From a virus (Duplodnaviria > Caudoviricetes), in the IMG/VR virus record IMGVR_UViG_3300013121_000039, positions 64,001 through 128,000 of that record: a stretch of 64,000 nt of DNA; one strand, 5' to 3'. Position 1 is the stretch's first letter. The number at the start of each line of letters is the position of its first letter. Shown one piece after another: positions 1 to 9,085 of this stretch. Position numbers and translations under genes: made by a program. Under the pieces are notes generated by a model. That model was not told where the DNA came from, ran no database searches, and worked only from the letters and a program-made list of their open reading frames with translations.

Positions 1-79
1 GCCTCAGCCTCCCTTCGGGCCCACCGTCGACGCGCAGTGACAGGGGCCTGTGGTAGGGCAGCCAGAGCGAGAGGAGAAC

Positions 80-1531
80 GTGAACTACGTCTTCGCACAG
101 AAGGAGCCCGACAAGGCCTACGTGTCGAATCGGCTCTGGCTGCCCAAGGCCCGCATCCGCGAGTACCAGGTCAAGCATGCCCTGGAGTTCTTGGTGAACA
201 TGGATGGGGAGCAGGAAGTTCTTCGGCTGTGGGACGAGAGTACGCACCATCTCGTCTGCCCGAGGGAGTTCCTGCCTCCGTCGCAGTACCCCAACTACAA
301 GTTCCCCTTCGTCGACCTCCGGCCGGAGTTCGACACGGTCGAGTTCGAGGACTGCGTCGTGCCACGAGACGAAGACCAGGCCAAGGCCTGGGCCGCTCTC
401 TCCCAGCACGACAACGGGATCCTCAACCTCGGCTGTGGCAAGGGGAAGACCAAGCTCGCGGTGAAGAAGATCGCCCAGCGTCGGACTCCCACCCTCGTCA
501 TCGTGCCGGACGGCGGCATCTACACGCAGTGGGAAGAAGCCATCCACGGCGGGGCCCACTCTCCAGTCGGTCTTCGGTTCTCTGGCGCGCTCGGCAACGT
601 GCGCGGCGGGGAGTTCGACTGGGAGGGGAGCCCCGTCGTTTTAGCTCTCATGCCGTCTCTCGCACTCAAGATCCGAGACGGGAAAGTGCCTGAGGAGTTC
701 TTCCGGTACTTCGGCCTCATCATCTACGACGAGGTCCACATCACCGGAGCGCCGGTCTTCTCTCTCACGGCGGCACCCTTCTACGGGGACCGCATCGGCC
801 TCACTGCCACTGTCCAGCGAGAGGACGGGCTCGACCCCATCTACCGCTACCACCTCGGTGAGCCGTTCTACACGGACCTCACCCAGGATCTCATCCCACG
901 CATCTACTTCTGGAGGACTCCGGCGTCTCTCGACGTCAAGGAGGCGAAGCGCGGCAAGACCGTCAACATCTCGCTCCTGCGCACCATGCTCGGGCGGGAC
1001 CGTATCGGGAACGTCTACCGGTACTACGCCATCCAGCAGGCGTTGGGCGAGGGGAGGAAGATCCTCTGCCTCTCCCACTCCAAGGACCAGCTCAGGCTCT
1101 TCCATGCTCTGTTCCCAGAGAGTGGACTCATCTTGGGAGAGACTCCTCAGGATGAGCGGACAGGGATCCTCCGGAGCCACCAAGTCACCTTCGCCATCGC
1201 CAAGCTCGGCAGTCAGGGCGTCGATGACCCTCGTCTCGACACGCTCTTCTGGCTCACGCCCTTCAGGTCGAAGATCTCCCTCCAGCAGTCGATGGGCCGC
1301 ATCCAACGGGCGTATCCGGACAAGATGACCCCGGTGATGGTCGTCTTCGAGGACTACGAGACCCACCCGCTTCGCTCCCTGTGCACCAAGCTGCGCTCGA
1401 ACCTGAGAGCATGGGGATTCCCAATCGAGACGCATTCTCCAGCGCAGTTCCCACCTGACTTCCCCACCGAGGTTCGCAATGGATACGCTGCCGCCTACGC
1501 CGAGCTCCCCGAGAGAGCCGAAGCCGCCTGA
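80..1531 (+). CDS. Superfamily II DNA/RNA helicase (UvsW/XPB-like)
   Basis: Walker A GCGKGKT, DEVH box, TAT motif III, QSMGRIQR motif VI; GAGGAG RBS before GTG at 80. Confidence 0.85.
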   Translation: MNYVFAQKEPDKAYVSNRLWLPKARIREYQVKHALEFLVNMDGEQEVLRLWDESTHHLVCPREFLPPSQYPNYKFPFVDLRPEFDTVEFEDCVVPRDEDQAKAWAALSQHDNGILNLGCGKGKTKLAVKKIAQRRTPTLVIVPDGGIYTQWEEAIHGGAHSPVGLRFSGALGNVRGGEFDWEGSPVVLALMPSLALKIRDGKVPEEFFRYFGLIIYDEVHITGAPVFSLTAAPFYGDRIGLTATVQREDGLDPIYRYHLGEPFYTDLTQDLIPRIYFWRTPASLDVKEAKRGKTVNISLLRTMLGRDRIGNVYRYYAIQQALGEGRKILCLSHSKDQLRLFHALFPESGLILGETPQDERTGILRSHQVTFAIAKLGSQGVDDPRLDTLFWLTPFRSKISLQQSMGRIQRAYPDKMTPVMVVFEDYETHPLRSLCTKLRSNLRAWGFPIETHSPAQFPPDFPTEVRNGYAAAYAELPERAEAA

Positions 1532-1958
1532 GCTCGAAGAGCTCCACGAAGACCTGAGGAAGAACTCGATCGATCCCGATCGTCTCGCCGTGCTCTCCAT
1601 CGGGCAGAACGAGATGATCTTCGGGGAGGTACAGGGCGACGACTACTTCTACGAGGGCGAGCCGGCCGGCCTGCTCGGCGACTTGCTCGTGGCGGTGAAG
1701 AACCCGAAGCGGCTCGTGCGCTTCACGGGACCCGGGCAGGCTCCAGGGTCCGTCATGTCTTCGCTCCTGCTCTTCAACTACGACCTCATCCAGCAGGGAG
1801 TCATCGAGGTGCAGGCCTCGGCCGGCTTCTGGCTCCAGTGGCTCGACTACCCGAGCCAGGTCGCCTACTGCCGGCTGCTCTCCAGGTGGCTGCAAGACCA
1901 GAGGAAGGCCAAGTCCGGCCTCCATCTCCCGGACGGCCCTCTCGTCAAGGAGCGGTGA
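1479..1958 (+). CDS. Hypothetical protein (start uncertain)
   Basis: ORF with GC3-rich codon usage; stop overlaps next ATG (TGATG). Confidence 0.6.
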   Translation: MDTLPPTPSSPREPKPPELEELHEDLRKNSIDPDRLAVLSIGQNEMIFGEVQGDDYFYEGEPAGLLGDLLVAVKNPKRLVRFTGPGQAPGSVMSSLLLFNYDLIQQGVIEVQASAGFWLQWLDYPSQVAYCRLLSRWLQDQRKAKSGLHLPDGPLVKER

Positions 1959-2767
1959 TGTCGAAGAAGGCTCTACCCGTTGTGCAGGAGACTCTGCACA
2001 ACTTCCAGGGCACGAAGATGGAGCGGCTGCGCCAGCTCTGGGAGACCCAGTGGTACGGCTGTACGAGGTGCCAGCTCTCGACCACTCGGATCAACGGGAC
2101 CGAAGACATCGTCTTCGGACAAGGCAACCCGGACGCGCACGTCATGCTCATCGGGGAGGCGCCCGGTGAGGACGAGGAGGCGTCCGGAGTCCCGTTCGTC
2201 GGGCAGTCGGGACAGCTCCTGAACCAGATCCTGGCCGCCACGTCGGACGACGAAGGCATCCAGGAACTCTTCAAGTGGTACAACCGCGGCCGGCACTCCC
2301 GGGCGGACACTGACCACTTCCACGAGCAGGTCCTGAAGTGGAGGGACCAGGAGTTCTTCATCACCAACCTGGTGTCCTGCCGCCCTCCCAACAACCGGAC
2401 CCCGAACCACCCGGAGGTGAAAGCCTGTTGGGAGAGGCTCTACAACATCATCTACATCGTGGACCCGTGGCTCATCATCACCCTCGGACGTCCTTCCATC
2501 GAGGCGCTGGTCCACCGGCAGATCGAGATCACCAAGCTGAGGGGAACCATCTTCGACGTCGAGATCCGGGGGCGGCGGGTGCCGTACCGGATCCCCACCA
2601 TGGCCTGTCTGCACCCCAGCTACCTGCTACGGCAGGCTGACTGGAAGTCCAAGACCGGCTCCTTCATGAAGACCGTCCACGACTTCGATTCTGCCCTGCG
2701 ATTCGTGGACGGCATGCGCCACCACTACCTCGGTACCCCCATCCCAAGACGCACCCAGTTCGCCTGA
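1958..2767 (+). CDS. Uracil-DNA glycosylase family 4 (Fe-S)
   Basis: CxxCxL, VFGQGN, IGEAPGxxE, GxPFVGxSG, CRPPxNRTP and HPSY motifs. Confidence 0.9.
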   Translation: MSKKALPVVQETLHNFQGTKMERLRQLWETQWYGCTRCQLSTTRINGTEDIVFGQGNPDAHVMLIGEAPGEDEEASGVPFVGQSGQLLNQILAATSDDEGIQELFKWYNRGRHSRADTDHFHEQVLKWRDQEFFITNLVSCRPPNNRTPNHPEVKACWERLYNIIYIVDPWLIITLGRPSIEALVHRQIEITKLRGTIFDVEIRGRRVPYRIPTMACLHPSYLLRQADWKSKTGSFMKTVHDFDSALRFVDGMRHHYLGTPIPRRTQFA

Positions 2768-2783
2768 GCGAGCAGAGGTCACC

Positions 2784-3443
2784 ATGAACATGCCCGACGC
2801 ACAGAACAACCAGCACCAGGTCCTCATCGACGAGTTCGGCGAGCTCGACCGGGAGTGCCAGGCCCTCATCGAGAAGTTCTCCACCGGCAAGATCATCTAC
2901 GACTGCATCCCGTCGGACGGGGCCAAGAACTACGAGGAGCTCTTCTCCAAGATGGTGGAGAAGTACATGGCCGCGCAGGAGGCGGCCAAGCAGCTCGTCG
3001 AGAAGCGCAACGCCAAGATCCAGGAGATCGCCGCCGCCATGCGCGGCCTCGTCATGGCCGGCGAGAACGTGGTGCGCGGGCCGGATGGGAAGTCGACCAC
3101 CCTGGAGTACGGCCCGTTCTCCGTGTCGTCCAAGACCTCCCGGTCGTTCGACCCCGAGCTGCTCTTCGCCAAGATCGCGGAGCTCGGCCTCCTCCAGCGA
3201 CTGAAGGACGTGACCTTCGTCAGCTCGGACACCGGCCAGTCGGAGCCCGCCATCAGGGAGGTCGTCGAGGTCAAGTACGAGCCCGTGAAGAACTGGCTCC
3301 GTGAGAACAACCTGGAGGCGATCCTCGACGCCGCCTACGAGGAAGAGGAGGGCACGCCGGCCGTGACCGGCCCCAAGCCCATCGCCTGGATCGGCGACAT
3401 CGACCCTAACCCCAAGAAGGCCAGCAAGAAGGGAAAGAAGTAA
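2784..3443 (+). CDS. Hypothetical protein (coiled-coil)
   Basis: ORF with GAGG RBS and phage-like codon usage. Confidence 0.7.
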   Translation: MNMPDAQNNQHQVLIDEFGELDRECQALIEKFSTGKIIYDCIPSDGAKNYEELFSKMVEKYMAAQEAAKQLVEKRNAKIQEIAAAMRGLVMAGENVVRGPDGKSTTLEYGPFSVSSKTSRSFDPELLFAKIAELGLLQRLKDVTFVSSDTGQSEPAIREVVEVKYEPVKNWLRENNLEAILDAAYEEEEGTPAVTGPKPIAWIGDIDPNPKKASKKGKK

Positions 3444-3700
3444 TGCCCGCCGTCCCCAAGCAGACGAAGGACCTCATCTCCAAGATCCAGCGGCAGAGGT
3501 TCTCCCCGGCCGAGCTCTCGTTCCTCGTCGCCTCCATGGATGCGCAGTGCCGAGAGAGCGCTGCCAAGCTCCTCCGCTACCTCGACGCCTCCCCGGAGAA
3601 GCCGCGCCTGGCCAGCCCTCTCCGCAAGGAGCTGAAGCGGAACATCTACCTGAAGGGCGTCCTCTCGGACATGTACTACGCCAGGAGCCACCGCAAGTGA
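3443..3700 (+). CDS. Hypothetical protein
   Basis: TAATG coupling to upstream gene. Confidence 0.65.
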   Translation: MPAVPKQTKDLISKIQRQRFSPAELSFLVASMDAQCRESAAKLLRYLDASPEKPRLASPLRKELKRNIYLKGVLSDMYYARSHRK

Positions 3701-3912
3701 CCGCCACGGAGCTCATGAAGAAGATCCAGGAAGGTCTGGATCGGGTTCCTGACTCCGACGGTGAGCCGGGCTACGCCTTCGCCACCGAGGCCCACGACCT
3801 GAAGAACGAGGGCTTCGCCATCCTCGACATCACCGCCCTCGTCGACGACACCCAACCCCTGGAGGAGGAGTTCGAGCTCCTGATCAGGAAGAAGACTCCT
3901 CGCACCACATGA
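3697..3912 (+). CDS. Hypothetical protein
   Basis: GTGA overlap upstream, ATGA overlap downstream. Confidence 0.6.
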   Translation: MTATELMKKIQEGLDRVPDSDGEPGYAFATEAHDLKNEGFAILDITALVDDTQPLEEEFELLIRKKTPRTT

Positions 3913-4325
3913 CGGAACTCAGGAGACGCAACGTCAAGATCCTGGTTCACAAGATCTGGACCGTCGACGGTGACGAGACCAGCGCCGTCGACAACCCAAC
4001 TGCACCGGAGGCACTCATGGCGTTCGCAGAGCAGGTCCGCGGCAACGCGGGAGCCCGTGTGTCGGTCACCACCGACTTCGGGATGAAGGACTACGGCAAC
4101 GGGGCGAGCGGGAGCGTCACCATCTCGCTCGACTGCAACGAGGACGACAACACGGTCCAGGCGGTGGCCCGCGGCCTCTCGTCCTGGACGATCGGCCTCG
4201 CGGAGGAGCACTTCCAGAAGGCCGACGAGAAGTACCGGCAGCTGTACTTCCAGAAGCACCCGGAGCAGGCGCCTGTGCAGTCCCAGCAGCCCTTCCTGCC
4301 TCCGCCCGCGCCCTTCAAGCCATGA
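3909..4325 (+). CDS. Hypothetical protein
   Basis: ATGA-coupled ORF. Confidence 0.65.
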   Translation: MTELRRRNVKILVHKIWTVDGDETSAVDNPTAPEALMAFAEQVRGNAGARVSVTTDFGMKDYGNGASGSVTISLDCNEDDNTVQAVARGLSSWTIGLAEEHFQKADEKYRQLYFQKHPEQAPVQSQQPFLPPPAPFKP

Positions 4326-4567
4326 CGGTCTGCGTGATCTGCTACTCGCACCGGCACGGGACGGACATCTCCGTCTTCCACACCCGTGCCGGTGCCGAGA
4401 AGGCTATCCGCCAGCTCATGCTCGACTGGAAGCATGAGCTGGACGCGAAGCTCCGGCGCCGCATCCTCCGCTACCTGCGAGAGGGGAAGCTCCACAAGGC
4501 CATCGCGGTCTGGAACTCCGAGACGGAGGAGTACTTCGGCATCGAGACCACGGAGGTGCTGTCATGA
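4322..4567 (+). CDS. Hypothetical protein
   Basis: ATGA-coupled ORF. Confidence 0.6.
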   Translation: MTVCVICYSHRHGTDISVFHTRAGAEKAIRQLMLDWKHELDAKLRRRILRYLREGKLHKAIAVWNSETEEYFGIETTEVLS

Positions 4568-4875
4568 AGACGGTGCAGGACAAGGGTGGGATCCGCATCG
4601 ACTCGGTGCGAGCCGGAGAGGTCACCATCGACGCCATCTCGGACCCGACCGGCGTCGCCCGCCTCTCCGGCAAGATGGCCTACGTCGACTCGGTCACCGG
4701 AGAGAGGCTGGGGTACTGCAACCGCACCACCTGGAGCGACGAGACGTACGCCAAGCTCCGGGAGCTGCTGGAGTCCATGGAGGACGACGTGCTGCGCCAG
4801 CTCTTCGGAGACGACGCAAGTCCTAGTGGTCTGACCCTCCCCCTGGACCCAACAGGTGGGGTCCCCAGTCTCTAG
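4564..4875 (+). CDS. Hypothetical protein
   Basis: GGAGG RBS, ATGA overlap. Confidence 0.65.
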   Translation: MKTVQDKGGIRIDSVRAGEVTIDAISDPTGVARLSGKMAYVDSVTGERLGYCNRTTWSDETYAKLRELLESMEDDVLRQLFGDDASPSGLTLPLDPTGGVPSL

Positions 4876-4876
4876 C

Positions 4877-4905
4877 TTGACGGTCCCCCTCCGCTCCTCC
4901 AAGGT
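4877..4905 (+). promoter_or_regulatory. Putative sigma70-type promoter
   Basis: TTGACG-N17-CAAGGT, resembling the promoter at 22413. Confidence 0.4.
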
Positions 4906-4964
4906 GGCCTCCTACCACCGGGCAGAGTGTGAGAGAAAGACCGAACCAGATCGAGTCATAAGGC

Positions 4965-5006
4965 GGCGGCGGAAGTGTCTTCGGGCATCTCCGCCGCCCT
5001 CATTTT
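4965..5006 (+). terminator. GC-rich hairpin / possible terminator before the helicase
   Basis: GGCGGCGGA...TCCGCCGCC stem followed by CTCATTTT. Confidence 0.45.
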
Positions 5007-5031
5007 AGCCCTCTGACGGTAAGGAGACGCT

Positions 5032-6444
5032 GTGTCGGCGCAGATCGAATACGCCCTCATCTCCAAGGTCATCGAGACTCACAACTTCCAGGAGCTGGAC
5101 AAGCAGCAGATCACCGCTGACTTCTTCCTGACTCCCGAGATGCGGACGATCTACGAGTTCCTCCGCTACACGTATCACAACCCGCAGACGGCCGGACTCG
5201 TGCCTTCTGCGGACATGATCCGGCAGTACTACCCCGGCTTCAACATGGTGTACGCGCCGGATGACGTGCCGGTTCTCGCGCAGGCCGTGCGCCGCGGCAA
5301 GCTCCAGGCAGACCTCTTCCAGCTCTCCCAGATCATCAGCTTGGGGCTGGACGCCGACCCCGAGGAGGTCTTCGCCAAGGTCAGGCAGTCCGTCTCCTCC
5401 ATGTCGGCGATGGAGAACATCGGTGCCGACCTCTCCATGTCGGCTGCCTACCAGCTGCTCATGCAGCGCTACACCCAGGTGGCGAGTGCGAAGGGCCTGC
5501 TCGGGATCCCGTTCCCGTGGGAGCGGCTCAACCAAGAGACGCAGGGGATGCAGAACGGGCAGTACATCGTCCTCTACGCTCGGCCCAAGAACATGAAGAG
5601 CTGGGTGGCCATCTACATGGCCGTGTTCGCCTACCTGAAGGCCAGGCGCCGCGTGCTCTACTACACGCGGGAGATGCCCAACATCCAGATCGCCCAGCGT
5701 GTCGCCGCGGCGATGGCCGGCATCGACTACCGCAGCTTCATCAACGGCAACCTCGACCCCAACATCCTCCAGTACTTCCAGGCAGTGATGCAGGGGCTCA
5801 TCCAAGACGAGGTGTCGGCCGGGAAGCACGGGCACCAGCCCTGCTTCGTCATCACGGCGGACAAGTCGGCGAAGGGCGGCGGTGTCTCCTGGCTCCGGGC
5901 CAAGATCAAGGAGGTGAAGCCGGACCTCGTTTTCGTGGACGGCGTCTACCTCATGAGCGACGACCGTTCCGGGTCACGCCAGGCTGACTGGAAGAACATC
6001 CTCCACGTCTCCCAGGACATCCGGCAGATCGCGCTCAACGAGAACCTCCCCGTCGTGGCCATCACCCAGGCGAACAAGAAGAGCGACCAGATCCGAGGCA
6101 ACGACGACATCGACATGGCCTACACCGACGCCTTCAACCAGGACGCGGATGCCGTCTTCAAGCTGCGTCACCGCATGCGGCGTGATGAGCAGACGGGGAT
6201 GAAGCACAGCGAGATCGACATCTTCGCCCCGAACCTGCGTGAGGGCATCATCGAGGGCATCGTCATCAACGGGGTGCCCGCCACGGACTTCTCCTACATC
6301 CGGGACATCAAGGCTGAGGAGGAGCAGTCCGAACCGGAGTACGGGGCGGAGAAGAAGCAGCCGAAGATCCGTCCGCCAGGCGCTTCGTTCTCGAAGAGCG
6401 CTGGCAACTACTACGACCCGGTCATCCCAGCCCTCAAGAAGTAG
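5032..6444 (+). CDS. DnaB-like replicative helicase
   Basis: GIPFPW-x-x-LN, Walker A variant ARPKNMKS, YTREM, VFVDGVYLM, ITQANK, QDADAV; AAGGAG RBS. Confidence 0.85.
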   Translation: MSAQIEYALISKVIETHNFQELDKQQITADFFLTPEMRTIYEFLRYTYHNPQTAGLVPSADMIRQYYPGFNMVYAPDDVPVLAQAVRRGKLQADLFQLSQIISLGLDADPEEVFAKVRQSVSSMSAMENIGADLSMSAAYQLLMQRYTQVASAKGLLGIPFPWERLNQETQGMQNGQYIVLYARPKNMKSWVAIYMAVFAYLKARRRVLYYTREMPNIQIAQRVAAAMAGIDYRSFINGNLDPNILQYFQAVMQGLIQDEVSAGKHGHQPCFVITADKSAKGGGVSWLRAKIKEVKPDLVFVDGVYLMSDDRSGSRQADWKNILHVSQDIRQIALNENLPVVAITQANKKSDQIRGNDDIDMAYTDAFNQDADAVFKLRHRMRRDEQTGMKHSEIDIFAPNLREGIIEGIVINGVPATDFSYIRDIKAEEEQSEPEYGAEKKQPKIRPPGASFSKSAGNYYDPVIPALKK

Positions 6445-6455
6445 GAGTCCACCAC

Positions 6456-7550
6456 ATGCGAGAGCACGTGCTCTCGTTGCTGGACCGCTACCTCCCCGCC
6501 GCTGGCGCGAGGCCTGGGGCGGGCGGCAACGTGTTGATGAAGTGCCCGTTCCACAAGGGCGGGTTGGAGACTAGGCCGTCGTTCTCCGTCAACGCCGACC
6601 TGGGAGTGTTCCACTGCTTCACTTGCCACACGGCCGGCTCCATCGGCTACCTGCTTCGCCTTCTCGGCCTGCCGCGGCACCTCATCGAGAAGGAGCTCGC
6701 AGTCATCCAGCCTGAACTGGATGCCAACCGGGCGCAGGCGGAGTTCCAGAAGAAGCACTTCCACGCCGTACAGGATCCGTTCAAGGCCAAGGTCATCCTC
6801 CCGGAGACCTTGCTCGCCGTCTACGAGTGGTGCCCGACGTCCTTGACCGAAGCTGGGTTCGACATGGGGCTGCTCCAGGACTACGAGGTCGGCTTCGACA
6901 GACGCCACCAGCGGGTCACCTATCCGCTGCGCGACGTCTACGGCAACCTGGCGGGGATCGCCGGGGGCAGGACCCTTCCGCACCAGGAGCCGAAGTACAA
7001 GGTGTACCAGGGCAGCTCCAGGGACGCTCACCATCGGCTGATCGAAGGCGACTTCGGGCCCAGCTTCGATGAGATGTTCCCGGGGTACCGCTGTGAGAAC
7101 CACGACTTCGTGTGGAACCTCGACCGCGTCTACCCTCGCGTCATGCAGGCGATGTCAGAGCAGGACAGTACCGTCTTCGTCGTCGAGGGCTACAAGGCCT
7201 GCCTCTGGATGATCCAGAGCGGCTACCTCAACACGGTGGCGTTGATGGGCAGCTACGTCTCAGAGGCACAGCAGCGACTGCTCCACCGCCTTGGCGGGCC
7301 AGTGGTGCTGTTCCTCGACAACGACGAACCTGGAAGGAGGGCTACGCAGAAGGTCGGAAACCTCTTGTGGCGACCACTTCACGGACGCCTCAAGGTTGTG
7401 CCGTATCCGCAGGAAGATGTGCAGGCGTCGCTCGACGGAGAGAGCGACTCTCAACCAGACGACTACGAGGCTCAAGGAATCCACCAGATGGTGGCAAGCA
7501 GCCTCCCATTCCACGTCTACTCCCAGAAGAGGTTCTCCACATGGCGATGA
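6456..7550 (+). CDS. DNA primase (CHC2 zinc finger + TOPRIM)
   Basis: CPFH...FHCFTC zinc finger; VVEGY and FLDND TOPRIM motifs. Confidence 0.88.
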   Translation: MREHVLSLLDRYLPAAGARPGAGGNVLMKCPFHKGGLETRPSFSVNADLGVFHCFTCHTAGSIGYLLRLLGLPRHLIEKELAVIQPELDANRAQAEFQKKHFHAVQDPFKAKVILPETLLAVYEWCPTSLTEAGFDMGLLQDYEVGFDRRHQRVTYPLRDVYGNLAGIAGGRTLPHQEPKYKVYQGSSRDAHHRLIEGDFGPSFDEMFPGYRCENHDFVWNLDRVYPRVMQAMSEQDSTVFVVEGYKACLWMIQSGYLNTVALMGSYVSEAQQRLLHRLGGPVVLFLDNDEPGRRATQKVGNLLWRPLHGRLKVVPYPQEDVQASLDGESDSQPDDYEAQGIHQMVASSLPFHVYSQKRFSTWR

Positions 7551-9022
7551 GCACGTTTCGCAGGAACACGAAGTCCGAGCAGAAGAAGGGCGGCAAGGGT
7601 CTGCGGGGCAACTGGCGGGAGCAGTTCCGCCTGCCCAAGGGCCAGCCCACCCCGTTCGTCCTGATCAGCGGGGAGTACCCCGACCCCAACCCGCAGCAGG
7701 AGATGGTCGAGATCGACCCGGCCACCGGCCAGTACGTGCCGCCCGTCGTGCCGTACTGGAAGTGGCTGAAGCACCGGCTGAAGGGCGTGAACCAGAACAC
7801 CGGGAAGCAGAAGTTCATCGACGAGCCCTGCTCCCGCGGCTGGGACAAGCACGCGCCGAAGCCCTGCGCCGGCTGCGCCGCCATGGAGTCCGGCGACAAG
7901 CGCATCACCCTGGGCGAGGCCTACTCCATGGGCCTGGTGCACCTCGTGGTCTACCACCGGCACCCGCTCGTCGACCCGAAGAAGGGTCCGGTGATGAAGA
8001 AGGACAACTCCGGGCCGGTCATGGTGGACTCGGAGTGCCTCGGCAAGGCCTGCAACTTCTGCCGGCTCCTCTCGGGGCAGCCGCCCGTCCTCCAGCAGAA
8101 CGAGTTCTGGCCGAACTACGACCGCAACACCATCCAGAACGTCTTCGGGTCGCGTCGCTACCTGGAGATCGGCTCCGGCCACCTCGGGGACATCGGCGAG
8201 TGGGACAGCCAGGTCGGCAGCCGCTGCGGAGGCATCGCCTTCGTGAAGGACGCCGCCGGGCAGTACATCCTGGACCAGAACGGGAACGCGATCCCGAAGG
8301 GGCGGTGCAACAACTTCCTCACCATCGACAGCTACAACTGCCCGAAGTGCGGGAACGTGCTCATCGACACGGCCGCCGACCCGCGCACCCCGGCGCAGCT
8401 GGAGGAGCTGGCGACCAAGAAGTACCCGTGCCACGTCTGCCAGCAGCCGGTCTTCATGAAGGAGGTCAACTCCTGCGATGCCGGGTGCTCCGGCGTCCAG
8501 GTCCACGGCATCTTCGACGGCGTGATCCAGGGCGTGCGGCAGGGTGAGGACACCCAGTCCCACCTCGTGCTGGCCGGGTTCGTCAGCGTCGAGGAGTTCG
8601 AGAGCACGCTGCACCCCTCGGTGCGGGCGCTCTTCCAGGGCAAGACCCTCCGCCAGCGCATCGAGGAGCTCGCCAAGCCGTACGAGTTCTCCGAGCTCTA
8701 CAAGCCGAAGTCGCTGGAGGAGCAGGCCAAGCGGCTGGAGATCCAGGGCTACGGCGGCTACGGCCAGGCGCAGCAGGGCTGGGCGCCCCCGGGCCAGCCC
8801 ATGATGCAGCAGCCGGGCGGCTACTACGGCAACCAGGCCCCGGCGCCGATGCAGTACCCGCCGCAGCAGCAGCCCATGCAGTACCCGCCGCAGCAGCCCC
8901 AGCAGCCGCAGTACCCGCCGCAGCAGCCGCAGAACCCGGGCTACCAGCAGTACGGCCAGCCGCAGCAGGGGCCCGGCCCGGCGCCGTTCGTGCCGCCCCA
9001 GCAGCCCAACTTCGGCAAGTAG
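7541..9022 (+). CDS. Cys-rich protein with Q/P/Y/G-rich C-terminal tail; candidate ssDNA-binding protein
   Basis: Several CxxC pairs; lies between primase and PolA; QYPPQQ repeats. Function inferred from context only. Confidence 0.6.
   Translation: MAMSTFRRNTKSEQKKGGKGLRGNWREQFRLPKGQPTPFVLISGEYPDPNPQQEMVEIDPATGQYVPPVVPYWKWLKHRLKGVNQNTGKQKFIDEPCSRGWDKHAPKPCAGCAAMESGDKRITLGEAYSMGLVHLVVYHRHPLVDPKKGPVMKKDNSGPVMVDSECLGKACNFCRLLSGQPPVLQQNEFWPNYDRNTIQNVFGSRRYLEIGSGHLGDIGEWDSQVGSRCGGIAFVKDAAGQYILDQNGNAIPKGRCNNFLTIDSYNCPKCGNVLIDTAADPRTPAQLEELATKKYPCHVCQQPVFMKEVNSCDAGCSGVQVHGIFDGVIQGVRQGEDTQSHLVLAGFVSVEEFESTLHPSVRALFQGKTLRQRIEELAKPYEFSELYKPKSLEEQAKRLEIQGYGGYGQAQQGWAPPGQPMMQQPGGYYGNQAPAPMQYPPQQQPMQYPPQQPQQPQYPPQQPQNPGYQQYGQPQQGPGPAPFVPPQQPNFGK
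8850..8930 (+). repeat. Coding tandem repeat CAGTACCCGCCGCAGCAGC x3 (QYPPQQ)
   Basis: Three direct copies visible. Confidence 0.8.
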
Positions 9023-9036
9023 CAGAGCAGTCCATG

Positions 9037-9074
9037 AGGCCCTCCCCCGGCGTTGGGGGAGGGCCTTTCCTCTT
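9037..9074 (+). terminator. Intrinsic terminator-like hairpin
   Basis: 12-bp stem AGGCCCTCCCCC/GGGGGAGGGCCT followed by TTCCTCTT. Confidence 0.6.
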
Positions 9075-9085
9075 GGAGCGCCTAC

